A stretch of 64,000 bases of DNA from a virus (Duplodnaviria; Caudoviricetes), in the IMG/VR virus record IMGVR_UViG_3300032327_000348, positions 47,935 to 111,934 of that record; one strand, 5' to 3'. Each line of letters begins with the position of its first letter. Positions within the stretch are counted from its first letter, which is position 1. Of this stretch, positions 1 to 7,650 are shown in pieces. The notes below the pieces were generated by a model. The model searched no databases, was not told the DNA's origin, and worked only from the letters and a program-made list of their open reading frames with translations. A program made the position numbers and the translations under genes.

Positions 1-214
1 GCTTATGTGTTAGATATGCTCTAATCTGATAAGTGTATCCATAATTGTACATATCATGATTACGATGCCAACTAGGAGCAGGTAGAGAATTTTCCATTAT
101 CCACTTACCCGCTTCTGTTTGTTGCCACTCATATATAGGGTGTGCTACAAACAAGTCAGGATCTTCACAATCACTAATTTTAATAGTGTGAACTACATGA
201 GTAATAGATACCAT
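1..214 (-). CDS. Small hypothetical phage protein, 3' end outside window (MVSITHVVHTIKISDCEDPDLFVAHPIYEWQQTEAGKWIMENS...)
   Basis: Hand-translated, not in the ORF track. ATG at 214 follows purine-rich GGGGAAGAA and the frame is open to the window edge. Confidence 0.75.
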   Translation of the reverse strand, partial: MVSITHVVHTIKISDCEDPDLFVAHPIYEWQQTEAGKWIMENSLPAPSWHRNHDMYNYGYTYQIRAYLTHK

Positions 215-269
215 TTCTTCCCCACTATCAGACAGTCGTATCTGATACTTAGGTCTAGTGAATTCATCG

Positions 270-1175
270 TTAGACTGCCATTGTTGCTTTAATAGGGCCA
301 TGACTTTGATAGTTTTCTAAATGAATATCTTGCATTGTCATTTCAAAGATGTTATTCTTTTGTATGTTTAACATCAATGTAGGCAATGGATATGTTTCAC
401 GTGTTAGTTGTTCTTTTACCTGTTCAATATGAGTTTTATAGATGTGAGTATCTCCTGTACTGATTACAAGTTCTCCTACTTTCAAATCACAGTGATGTGC
501 CAATAGATGTGTAAGTAATGCGTAACTAGCAATATTGAAGGGGAGGCCTAAAAAAACATCCACTGATCTTTGATACATATGGCAAGATAGTTCACGATTT
601 TTGTTGACATAGAATTGACTCATAACGTGACAAGGGGGCAAGGCCATTTCGTCTAACTCGCTCACGTTCCAGGCACTTAGAATGTGTCTGCGCCCATTAG
701 GATCTTCAATTAATCCTTTAATGAGATTTGCCAATTGGTCGACTTCCGTCCTATCCACTGCGAGGCGTGTGCCGCCTTTGTGTGCCGGGCCCATGTCTTT
801 TTCAACTGTGTCTTTGTTCCAATGACGCCACTGTACGCCGTAGATACGGCCAAGATCACCTTCGAATTTTGCTTTGTGCTTCCAATACGGTGCTTCCGCA
901 TTTGGTGTCCAGATAGTAGTCTTTCCTTCCGTATTACCCTCACCGTGGGTAAGTTCTGCCAGTCTACGGTCATCACTAGAGCCTTCAATAAACCAAAGAA
1001 GCTCACCGACGCAAGATTTCCATGCAAGTTTTTTAGTAGTGACTGCGGGAAAGCCCCTACGCAAATCAAAGCGAATATGACGTCCAAAAACACTAATGGT
1101 GCCCACACCAGTTCTGTCATCTTTAATTTCCCCGTTATCTAGTATATCTTGTAATAATTCTTTGTATTGTTTCAT
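270..1175 (-). CDS. thyA: Thymidylate synthase
   Basis: DRTGVGT, GRIYGVQWR, LPPCH (catalytic Cys), YQRSVDVFLGLPFN, DTHIY, C-terminal MAV. Confidence 0.97.
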   Translation of the reverse strand: MKQYKELLQDILDNGEIKDDRTGVGTISVFGRHIRFDLRRGFPAVTTKKLAWKSCVGELLWFIEGSSDDRRLAELTHGEGNTEGKTTIWTPNAEAPYWKHKAKFEGDLGRIYGVQWRHWNKDTVEKDMGPAHKGGTRLAVDRTEVDQLANLIKGLIEDPNGRRHILSAWNVSELDEMALPPCHVMSQFYVNKNRELSCHMYQRSVDVFLGLPFNIASYALLTHLLAHHCDLKVGELVISTGDTHIYKTHIEQVKEQLTRETYPLPTLMLNIQKNNIFEMTMQDIHLENYQSHGPIKATMAV

Positions 1176-1180
1176 AATAT

Positions 1181-1189
1181 ATTATAGCA
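1181..1189 (-). promoter_or_regulatory. Extended -10 promoter (TGCTATAAT) for thyA, probably leaderless
   Basis: TGnTATAAT ends 5 nt before the ATG; no Shine-Dalgarno sequence. Confidence 0.6.
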
Positions 1190-1196
1190 TATTAAT

Positions 1197-1223
1197 AAAA
1201 AAAGCCCTGATTAATCAGGGCTT
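1197..1223 (-). terminator. Rho-independent terminator
   Basis: Inverted repeat AAGCCCTGAT/ATCAGGGCTT followed by a T run on the minus strand, downstream of 1234..1530. Confidence 0.75.
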
Positions 1224-1233
1224 ATTGATAAGA

Positions 1234-1530
1234 TTAAAGTTTGCCCAATAGTCTATCGGTTTCAGGTTGCACTGCATCTGCAATACTTTGCACATTAAGA
1301 ACAAATTCAACACTTACTATCATGTCATCCAATTCATCTAATTTACGACTGACGGCATCTTCTATTTGGTCAGGATCTAGTCCTTGTTGTAGGAATTTTT
1401 GAATGTTGATAGTCTGTTGTTTTTTACCTTGAAGTTTAATAATCAACTTCTTAATAAACTCTATAGGTATCTTATTCTTTTCAACATCTTCAAGGATGTG
1501 TTCCCATTTTGAAATAAATTCTGGTGACAT
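1234..1530 (-). CDS. Hypothetical phage protein (98 aa)
   Basis: Start is coupled (TAATG) to the upstream gene; a terminator follows. Confidence 0.8.
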   Translation of the reverse strand: MSPEFISKWEHILEDVEKNKIPIEFIKKLIIKLQGKKQQTINIQKFLQQGLDPDQIEDAVSRKLDELDDMIVSVEFVLNVQSIADAVQPETDRLLGKL

Positions 1531-2192
1531 TAGACAATAACTTTTGCTCTTGTTTTTCTTGCTTTAGTTGGTTTTGTTTCAATAGCAGGTTCAGGTATCA
1601 CCGATGGATCGAGACTTTTAGCCTCATCCATCAAGCGTTGTGCTTCTGCTAGTAAACCTTTTGCTTCACGTTCCATTTTCTGTGCTTGTTCTAAACGTTG
1701 TGATGCTAGTGCCGCATCACCTAACAAGTCACCTGTTGGTGTTACTGGGTTCTGATTGCCGCGCATACGACGGACAACATCAGCCGGATCTTGTAATCCG
1801 CGACTGTTATCTAGTTCTTGCAAACGCTTGACTGCACTTTCACCTTGTTGCATTTCATCTAGAATTGTATTCAATTCATCTAAACGAATAGTTTGATTTG
1901 GTGAAGGTGTCATCAAAATTTGAGTTGTTTGAACTTTTTTTAGTTGGCCCTCAGCGTGTAACACTTGTAAAATGATTCTACCGTCTTTGGTATGAGTACG
2001 ATTTAATGCATCTGCTAAATGCTCGCTGTTTTGACCAATATCACTTTCAATACATTTGATTAGTGGGTCATGTATGTGTTGGTTAAGAAGTTCTGTATAA
2101 GTAACCAAACACATATGTGGCTCTCCCGGTACTTCTCGGAATACGACTGCAACCTTACGATCACCCTGTTTCCCTACATGTCGTGTAAACAT
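1530..2192 (-). CDS. Hypothetical phage protein (220 aa, C-terminal coiled coil), probably late
   Basis: AGGAG RBS; TAAATA motif at 2221-2226. Confidence 0.85.
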   Translation of the reverse strand: MFTRHVGKQGDRKVAVVFREVPGEPHMCLVTYTELLNQHIHDPLIKCIESDIGQNSEHLADALNRTHTKDGRIILQVLHAEGQLKKVQTTQILMTPSPNQTIRLDELNTILDEMQQGESAVKRLQELDNSRGLQDPADVVRRMRGNQNPVTPTGDLLGDAALASQRLEQAQKMEREAKGLLAEAQRLMDEAKSLDPSVIPEPAIETKPTKARKTRAKVIV

Positions 2193-2220
2193 ATTAATCT
2201 CCTATCGTATATGTTAAAGA

Positions 2221-2226
2221 TATTTA
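2221..2226 (-). promoter_or_regulatory. Late-type promoter motif TAAATA
   Basis: Same motif as upstream of the structural genes; lies just upstream of the RBS of 1530..2192. Confidence 0.5.
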
Positions 2227-2318
2227 ACTGATGTCAGTCAATCAAATATTTTTATTTGACTGTATAAGGTTCGTACAGGGAGAATTTAGTGTTTTTTGGG
2301 CATTTACATTTTAGTAAA

Positions 2319-2567
2319 TTATGACCATTTTAATTCAAAAAGCATGGCTTCTTTGGGATCTTCAAAACTAATAGTTCCCATTGACCCATTGGTGATTAAT
2401 AAAAAATCATATGCTTCTATAATAGAAAATCTACCACGTAATTTATTCAATACCCATTGTTTTGATTCTTCTGTTAAAGGCGTAGTAGATGTGACAAAAT
2501 GAACCGGAGGATAGTCTAATTGTCGTTCGGCAAACCATACTATGGGATCAACTTTATATTCTATCAT
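2319..2567 (-). CDS. Small hypothetical phage protein (ends FEDPKEAMLFELKWS)
   Basis: ATGA overlap with the upstream gene. Confidence 0.75.
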   Translation of the reverse strand: MIEYKVDPIVWFAERQLDYPPVHFVTSTTPLTEESKQWVLNKLRGRFSIIEAYDFLLITNGSMGTISFEDPKEAMLFELKWS

Positions 2568-2974
2568 TTAGTCAACATGTCTAACATTTTATATTTTTCA
2601 TATGCATCCACTACTGCCAAATTTGTATTTTGATTAGTGGGCACAACTTGCATCCACAATCCATCTAATCTTGCAGGATGACGATACGAATAGTCAGTAT
2701 CTGCATATACTCTGGGTTGGTGAATTTTTCCACTATGCCACAATCTTTCAGCAAGTTTAACTACTTCTTCTAAAGGATAACTATCCAATTCATATTGTTC
2801 AGGATCACGAGAATGGGGATTGCCCTGAGCATGGTACGCCTCTACCACTTTAATATAATCTTCAAAGGTAGGACAATTTGTTCGTGTTACAATGAACATA
2901 ACATTATCTTCGGACACTTCGTCTGTCATAAGGCTACGTAAACAACCACCAAGGCTTGTACCAATATACATCAT
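2564..2974 (-). CDS. Hypothetical protein (136 aa)
   Basis: Overlapping start/stop chain with both neighbours. Confidence 0.8.
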   Translation of the reverse strand: MMYIGTSLGGCLRSLMTDEVSEDNVMFIVTRTNCPTFEDYIKVVEAYHAQGNPHSRDPEQYELDSYPLEEVVKLAERLWHSGKIHQPRVYADTDYSYRHPARLDGLWMQVVPTNQNTNLAVVDAYEKYKMLDMLTK

Positions 2975-3345
2975 ACAATCATCTTTCTATCTTGCTTAAC
3001 GTAGTCACTATAGACTTTTTTACCATTAGTTCTAATCCATTCAACAACGGGTTGAGGATTATCATTGAATGCTTCTTTTAGTTCATTATAATCCATTGTA
3101 CTATTGAATTCATAAATTTCATAGGCACGTTGACTGTTGAATTTTGCACGAAGGATCAACTGTTGTAATGGAATTGCAGGAGGATTATCTGGAAGTTTTT
3201 CTTCTTTAAGAATAGCAACAACTTTTAATTTGTCCCATTCATTATACCTGTTCATATACAAGTCAACATCATACAAACACTCAAGTCCGTTGCAATCCCA
3301 CATTGCTAGATAGTGTTTAGTTTTTTTCTTTCTTGACGAGGGCAT
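2971..3345 (-). CDS. Hypothetical protein (124 aa)
   Basis: Part of the overlapping minus-strand gene chain. Confidence 0.75.
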   Translation of the reverse strand: MPSSRKKKTKHYLAMWDCNGLECLYDVDLYMNRYNEWDKLKVVAILKEEKLPDNPPAIPLQQLILRAKFNSQRAYEIYEFNSTMDYNELKEAFNDNPQPVVEWIRTNGKKVYSDYVKQDRKMIV

Positions 3346-3559
3346 ATATTATCTCTGCTTTGTTAATAGCGTCTGCTAATGAAGGTTCTGTTTCTGCTAG
3401 TTTAAGAATTTCTTTCCACTCATACCACTTAGTGATATAATGTTTGCCTGGATCTTCTTTGACCATGGATCTATCAGACGATCCACTCTTTCGTGAGTAG
3501 ACCGTCTTGCCTCCATCTGAACTTTCGTAAATGATTATTTCCTCACTTGATTTAATCAT
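3317..3559 (-). CDS. Small phage protein with IYESSDGGKTVY motif
   Basis: In the gene chain; motif resembles small proteins of large phages (from memory). Confidence 0.75.
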   Translation of the reverse strand: MIKSSEEIIIYESSDGGKTVYSRKSGSSDRSMVKEDPGKHYITKWYEWKEILKLAETEPSLADAINKAEIIYALVKKEKN

Positions 3560-3674
3560 TGTTATTACTCAACGCCTCTAGTGCTGTTGCAAGTAATTTA
3601 ATAAAAACACCCAACACTATACCCAGTACTACTACAATGAAACCATATCCCAAAATATTAAGTACTAGATCCAT
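3552..3674 (-). CDS. 40-aa single-pass membrane protein (MDLVLNILGYGFIVVVLGIVLGVFIKLLATALEALSNNND)
   Basis: Hand-translated. Fills the gap between 3559 and 3677 and has one hydrophobic helix. Confidence 0.7.
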   Translation of the reverse strand: MDLVLNILGYGFIVVVLGIVLGVFIKLLATALEALSNNND

Positions 3675-3676
3675 GA

Positions 3677-4954
3677 TTACTTACCATCATACAGTGCATA
3701 TGTACCAAATGGGGGATTTGGATTAGGGTCACCATGAATGATCCAAGTTGTATCGCAGTAATCTGGATCACCCCAACTACCACAAGGGTAACCATCAGTG
3801 AACACAATCAAACGATTAGGCACATTGCCAACTTTTTTCAAGTAATCAAAGATAGCATCAAAATCTGTGCCACCACCGCCAACTGGCTCATATGTGTCAA
3901 TTGAATCAAGATTTTCACTTGTAAAGTCTTGAGGGTTATATGTATCGGTATCAAAACAGAATACATGAACCTTGTAACCATCGAATGAGTCCATCATGCC
4001 ACCGATCTCGCCCAAGAATGCTTGTGCTTGACTGTTACTGATAGAACCTGACATATCGATAGCAACGACCACATCAATTTCTTCGCCGGGAGTCATACCA
4101 GGCATGATAGCATCCATATGCCAGCCCCTGCGTGAAGGACGCATCCAAGAATAGTCTGTGCGAATAGCACTTGTCAAATTTGTTTGAATCAGTTCACGCC
4201 AGGGCATGATTGGATCAGTAGCCTGCTTAATCAATCGTTCTACACCTAGGGGCAATTGACCTGCTTCTGCACTTTGTGCGGCGTTGATAATAGCCTGCTT
4301 GACTTCCTGACGCATACGTTCACGTTCCTCAGGAGACATTTTAGGGCGCCTGCCTTTGCCTTCTTGATCTCCGTCGCCGTCACCTTCACCGTCTTCACCA
4401 TCCATGTGATCATCAATCATTTGGTCGAGTAGACTGTTGATGTCAATTTTTTGAACATTCTTCATCAAGTCATCATATACTTCCTCAGCCGCTTTGCCAT
4501 CATACTTTTGTTCATATAAGCAAGGCACAGTGGTAATGAATTGACCAATCTTATGACGTTTCAAGTCAGCATTAACGCAATAGTCATCGGCAATGTTCCA
4601 GATTTGAGGGTCACGGTCACCTCTGCGACCCATGTGATCGTAAACCACATGTAATACCTCGTGTCCCACAAGAAACTCAACCTCTTTAGGCTTGAGCATC
4701 ATAATGAAGCGGCTGTTGTAATAGAATTTCAGACCGTCAGTTGCCGCAGTACTGCACCATTCATCAGCATTAACCAGTTGCAATCGTGTTGCAAGATTAC
4801 CAAAAAATGATTGTCGCAACAACAAACCAATACGTGCTGTTACCAATCGTTCACGTGCTAGTGCATCAATCTTGGGATCTATAGGTCCTACAAGATTTTC
4901 AAATTTAGTACTATGCTTTTTCTTGGCTTTTGATTTTGTGATTACTTCACTCAT
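3677..4954 (-). CDS. Putative metallopeptidase-VWA protein (DUF2201-like), partner of the AAA+ ATPase
   Basis: TAATDG, HEVLH (HExxH), acidic linker, MIDAS motif DMSGS, GGGGTDF, FTDG. Confidence 0.88.
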   Translation of the reverse strand: MSEVITKSKAKKKHSTKFENLVGPIDPKIDALARERLVTARIGLLLRQSFFGNLATRLQLVNADEWCSTAATDGLKFYYNSRFIMMLKPKEVEFLVGHEVLHVVYDHMGRRGDRDPQIWNIADDYCVNADLKRHKIGQFITTVPCLYEQKYDGKAAEEVYDDLMKNVQKIDINSLLDQMIDDHMDGEDGEGDGDGDQEGKGRRPKMSPEERERMRQEVKQAIINAAQSAEAGQLPLGVERLIKQATDPIMPWRELIQTNLTSAIRTDYSWMRPSRRGWHMDAIMPGMTPGEEIDVVVAIDMSGSISNSQAQAFLGEIGGMMDSFDGYKVHVFCFDTDTYNPQDFTSENLDSIDTYEPVGGGGTDFDAIFDYLKKVGNVPNRLIVFTDGYPCGSWGDPDYCDTTWIIHGDPNPNPPFGTYALYDGK

Positions 4955-4979
4955 AACAAGTCCTTTCTGAATATGTTAT

Positions 4980-5008
4980 ATTATAACATATTACTAATTT
5001 ATTGTCAA
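4980..5008 (-). promoter_or_regulatory. Sigma70-type early promoter
   Basis: TTGACA-17 nt-TATAAT, perfect consensus with TG extension. Confidence 0.85.
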
Positions 5009-5009
5009 A

Positions 5010-5255
5010 TTAATGCAGATTACGAGGTGTAAACATTTCGTTTACAATTTTTTCAATCTCTAGCGGGTCAGTGTCATCAATAAGGTCACCGATATTTTCA
5101 TAAAGAGGAGGCAAGGATTGATTAAAAATTTCGCCGGCATCTACCATTTCTTTAATCTGTTGAATCAATTCATCAAGTTCTTCTTGTGTACCCTCAAAGT
5201 TATCAAAGCACCCGGGAGTAAACAAAATTTCAATTTTCTTTTTATCTTCACTCAT
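5010..5255 (-). CDS. Acidic hypothetical protein (81 aa)
   Basis: ATGA overlap with the upstream gene. Confidence 0.75.
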   Translation of the reverse strand: MSEDKKKIEILFTPGCFDNFEGTQEELDELIQQIKEMVDAGEIFNQSLPPLYENIGDLIDDTDPLEIEKIVNEMFTPRNLH

Positions 5256-5404
5256 AGTGAAAGTCCTCGATAACCTGCATCAAATGCAATACGTGCATAA
5301 TTCTGTGCTGAATTAATGACATACAATACCAGGCCCTGGTCCTTTGTTAAACCTTTTGCTCGGGCACGTTGTCCCAATGCATAGAAATACTTTTTACCAC
5401 TCAT
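5252..5404 (-). CDS. Hypothetical protein (50 aa, MSGKKYFY...)
   Basis: Start moved from 5446 to 5404: AAGGA RBS precedes 5404 and the longer start lies within a terminator hairpin. Confidence 0.65.
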   Translation of the reverse strand: MSGKKYFYALGQRARAKGLTKDQGLVLYVINSAQNYARIAFDAGYRGLSL

Positions 5405-5414
5405 AATAATCCTT

Positions 5415-5449
5415 AAAAAAAAGGGTGAGCATATTGCTACACTCACCCT
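5415..5449 (-). terminator. Rho-independent terminator after the AAA+ ATPase gene
   Basis: AGGGTGAG/CTCACCCT stem followed by a T run on the minus strand. Confidence 0.7.
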
Positions 5450-5464
5450 AAAGGCTAGTAACTA

Positions 5465-6568
5465 TCAGTTACCAGCTTCCACAATGTACTTGCCGTACTT
5501 TTTGTGAAATTCATCAAAATTCTTCAATTGACTTGGTTCAATTGGAAGCTTGTATGTCTTCAATGCAATCTTTGCACCCATTACAACCAATTCAGTTTCA
5601 AAGTTAGCCATAATGTAGTTGAAGAAATTGTCAGCCATTTCATGGAACTTTTTACTATCCACTTTTTTGTTTTCAAGTACATCACGCAATTCATAGCACA
5701 TTGAAATGGTCAATGAATACATTGCCGAAATTTCTTTAACTGCAAGGTCCTTAACTTTGCCTGACAAAATGTCTGCAGGCTCGGGCATCTTACCTGCAAT
5801 CTTACGGTGTGCCGCAAACTTAACAGCAAGACCTTCACCAACTGAACCTGCAACCAAGTTGAACAAGGTATCAGTATCGATATTTTCTTCGTCTTGCAAC
5901 AGATCGGAAACGAAACACCATGAGCGAGGTGTAGCAAACGCACGTGATGCAGACTTACTATCAAAGTCGTACAAGTCTTGTTTTGCAAAACTCAAATAAC
6001 CAACAACGTCTTTATGAATGCCTTTGTTCACAGCCCAGTTCTGCCATGATGTAAAGTCAGGGCGCATTTCCAAGTGCAAGAAACGATTAGCAAGGGGCAT
6101 CGGCATACGATATGTAACACCTTTGTCACTGTCACGATTACCTGCCGCAACAATCACGACATTATCAGGCAGTACATACTTACCGATACGACGGTTCAGA
6201 ATAAGTTGATAACCGGCGGCTTGTACTGCTGGGGGCGCACTGTTCATTTCATCAAGGAACAGCACAACGATAGGGTATTGTGCCGCAAGTTCCTCGCTAG
6301 GCAAATCGATAGGGGGCGCAAACTCCATAACGTTTTTGTCTTTATTATAGAAAGGAATACCACGAATGTCAGTGGGTTCCATTTGTGCCATACGCAAGTC
6401 AATCATATGACCTTTAAGTTCCTGGGCCACCTCTGCAACAACATCAGACTTGCCGATACCGGGAGGACCCCAGATAAAGAGTGGTCGTTTTGCTTTGAAT
6501 GCTTGAAGCATTGCTTTACGTGCTTGAACAGAGGTGATTGTCAGATTGTCAGAGATTTGCGATGCCAT
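5465..6568 (-). CDS. MoxR-like AAA+ ATPase
   Basis: Walker A GPPGIGKS, Walker B LFLDE, AAGN sensor, LANRF arginine finger, TPRSW; near a VWA gene. Confidence 0.92.
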   Translation of the reverse strand: MASQISDNLTITSVQARKAMLQAFKAKRPLFIWGPPGIGKSDVVAEVAQELKGHMIDLRMAQMEPTDIRGIPFYNKDKNVMEFAPPIDLPSEELAAQYPIVVLFLDEMNSAPPAVQAAGYQLILNRRIGKYVLPDNVVIVAAGNRDSDKGVTYRMPMPLANRFLHLEMRPDFTSWQNWAVNKGIHKDVVGYLSFAKQDLYDFDSKSASRAFATPRSWCFVSDLLQDEENIDTDTLFNLVAGSVGEGLAVKFAAHRKIAGKMPEPADILSGKVKDLAVKEISAMYSLTISMCYELRDVLENKKVDSKKFHEMADNFFNYIMANFETELVVMGAKIALKTYKLPIEPSQLKNFDEFHKKYGKYIVEAGN

Positions 6569-6609
6569 TTGATGCTCCTAAAAGATAGAGTTAAATTGAA
6601 AGAAATTGT

Positions 6610-6638
6610 AGTGTAACAGAGATTTGATTTATCGTCAA
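6610..6638 (-). promoter_or_regulatory. Sigma70-type early promoter
   Basis: TTGACG-17 nt-TACACT upstream of the AAA+ gene. Confidence 0.7.
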
Positions 6639-6645
6639 ATTATTT

Positions 6646-6945
6646 TTAAATGATTTGGGCAAGAATGCGATTGTACACATCAGCCTTGCTCATGTAATAG
6701 TCGTAGTCACGTTCGCCGGGACGAAAGTTTTTCCACTGATTCTGACCTGCGTAGGACAGAATGTCACGTTTCAATGTTTCGCCGGTATAACTAGCAATGA
6801 AGCCATAAAGGTTGTAGTGAGCAATGAAGCCAGAGCACAAATACAAATACTTGTAACCAGTATTATTCAGGTTATCAATGTTCTTACATGCTTTCACAAC
6901 GTTGGAAACAATCAATGTTTTTTGGCGTTCTGTCAGTGGAGTCAT
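6646..6945 (-). CDS. Hypothetical protein (99 aa)
   Basis: Has its own promoter and an AGGA RBS. Confidence 0.8.
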   Translation of the reverse strand: MTPLTERQKTLIVSNVVKACKNIDNLNNTGYKYLYLCSGFIAHYNLYGFIASYTGETLKRDILSYAGQNQWKNFRPGERDYDYYMSKADVYNRILAQII

Positions 6946-6977
6946 TTGAGTTCCTATGTTTCAGTGTCAATACAAGT

Positions 6978-7006
6978 ATTGTATCACAGAGTCCATTTAT
7001 TGTCAA
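6978..7006 (-). promoter_or_regulatory. Sigma70-type early promoter
   Basis: TTGACA-17 nt-TACAAT with TG extension. Confidence 0.8.
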
Positions 7007-7007
7007 A

Positions 7008-7262
7008 TTATTTCATCAATTGTGCCATAAGAATGAGTTTTTCTAGATGGTCAATAGCGTTGTTAATTTGCAACACTCTTTCATCTAAAACTGAATACTT
7101 TTGTGTGCGCCTCAAAGTTACTTCTAACTTACTAAGTTCTGTTACCATTTTTTCAATATTTTGGTACATTTTTTGAAGATCGGGATTGTAACCAATCGCC
7201 CCCAATCGTGTTCGTAAGTCAATACTAACTTTATTCCAATCTAATGCACGATGTATTTTCAT
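7008..7262 (-). CDS. Helical hypothetical protein (84 aa, MKIHRALDW...), probably leaderless
   Basis: The track start at 7280 lies inside the promoter spacer; ATG at 7262 is 6 nt after the -10 box. Confidence 0.75.
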   Translation of the reverse strand: MKIHRALDWNKVSIDLRTRLGAIGYNPDLQKMYQNIEKMVTELSKLEVTLRRTQKYSVLDERVLQINNAIDHLEKLILMAQLMK

Positions 7263-7268
7263 TTGTTC

Positions 7269-7297
7269 AGTATAACACACATCGTGTATTTTGTCAA
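7269..7297 (-). promoter_or_regulatory. Sigma70-type early promoter
   Basis: TTGACA-17 nt-TATACT with TG extension. Confidence 0.8.
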
Positions 7298-7300
7298 ATT

Positions 7301-7327
7301 AAAAAAATAAGGACCGAAGTCCTTATT
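7301..7327 (-). terminator. Rho-independent terminator of the tmRNA gene
   Basis: AATAAGGAC-TTCG-GTCCTTATT hairpin (UUCG tetraloop) plus a T run. Confidence 0.9.
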
Positions 7328-7650
7328 GCTATTTTTGGTTACAAGGTATAACTACCTCGCTATTAGGCGTTTGCTGCCAATAGGAATTGTGAATCGTTTG
7401 CGATTACTTTGTTGTGCTTCTGCGACCGGGTCACCCCAATCCTAACGGCTTCTACATTGCCGGACTGTCCATTTCCGTACTCTTGACCCAATCGATCCTG
7501 TGTCAGGCCCATTAGAAAGTACACTAGCACCAGCAACCGGATCAGTGGCGGGGAATCGAACCCACGTTGATAGTGTACTTACTGGTGGACCCGGCGGGCA
7601 CTGCCCCCGCGTCTTGAATCCTTTTCTATCTACTTCATACAGTCTTAACT
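7328..7650 (-). ncRNA. ssrA: Circularly permuted (two-piece) tmRNA; tag ANDSQFLLAANA at 7401-7363; outer ends approximate
   Basis: Acceptor piece comes first: T arm GCGGG-GGCAGTG-CCCGC, then CGGGTCC-ACCA ending at 7583. A 72-nt intervening segment follows. The coding piece starts GGGCCTG at 7510 and forms a 7-bp acceptor stem with the G3:U alanine determinant. Helices TTGGGTC/GATTCAA and ACAGTC/GACTGT join the pieces. Resume codon GCA; stops TAA TAG. Confidence 0.93.

Noticed and set aside
270-1175. Base-modifying ThyA homolog or intron-containing td gene
   Set aside because: The dUMP-specifying Asn (LPFN) is present and the ORF is uninterrupted.
2226-2318. Short inverted repeats (CAGTCAA/TTGACTG, CTGTA/TACAG) as a possible ncRNA
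   Set aside because: The stems are short and AT-rich and match no family I recognise, so chance cannot be excluded.
6074-7176. Plus-strand ORFs of 180 and 173 aa
   Set aside because: They overlap well-supported minus-strand genes and promoters and have no recognisable motifs.
7511-7582. Stand-alone tRNA gene suggested by GGTTCGATTCC
   Set aside because: No D arm, anticodon arm or properly placed CCA. Kept only as a T-arm-like element.
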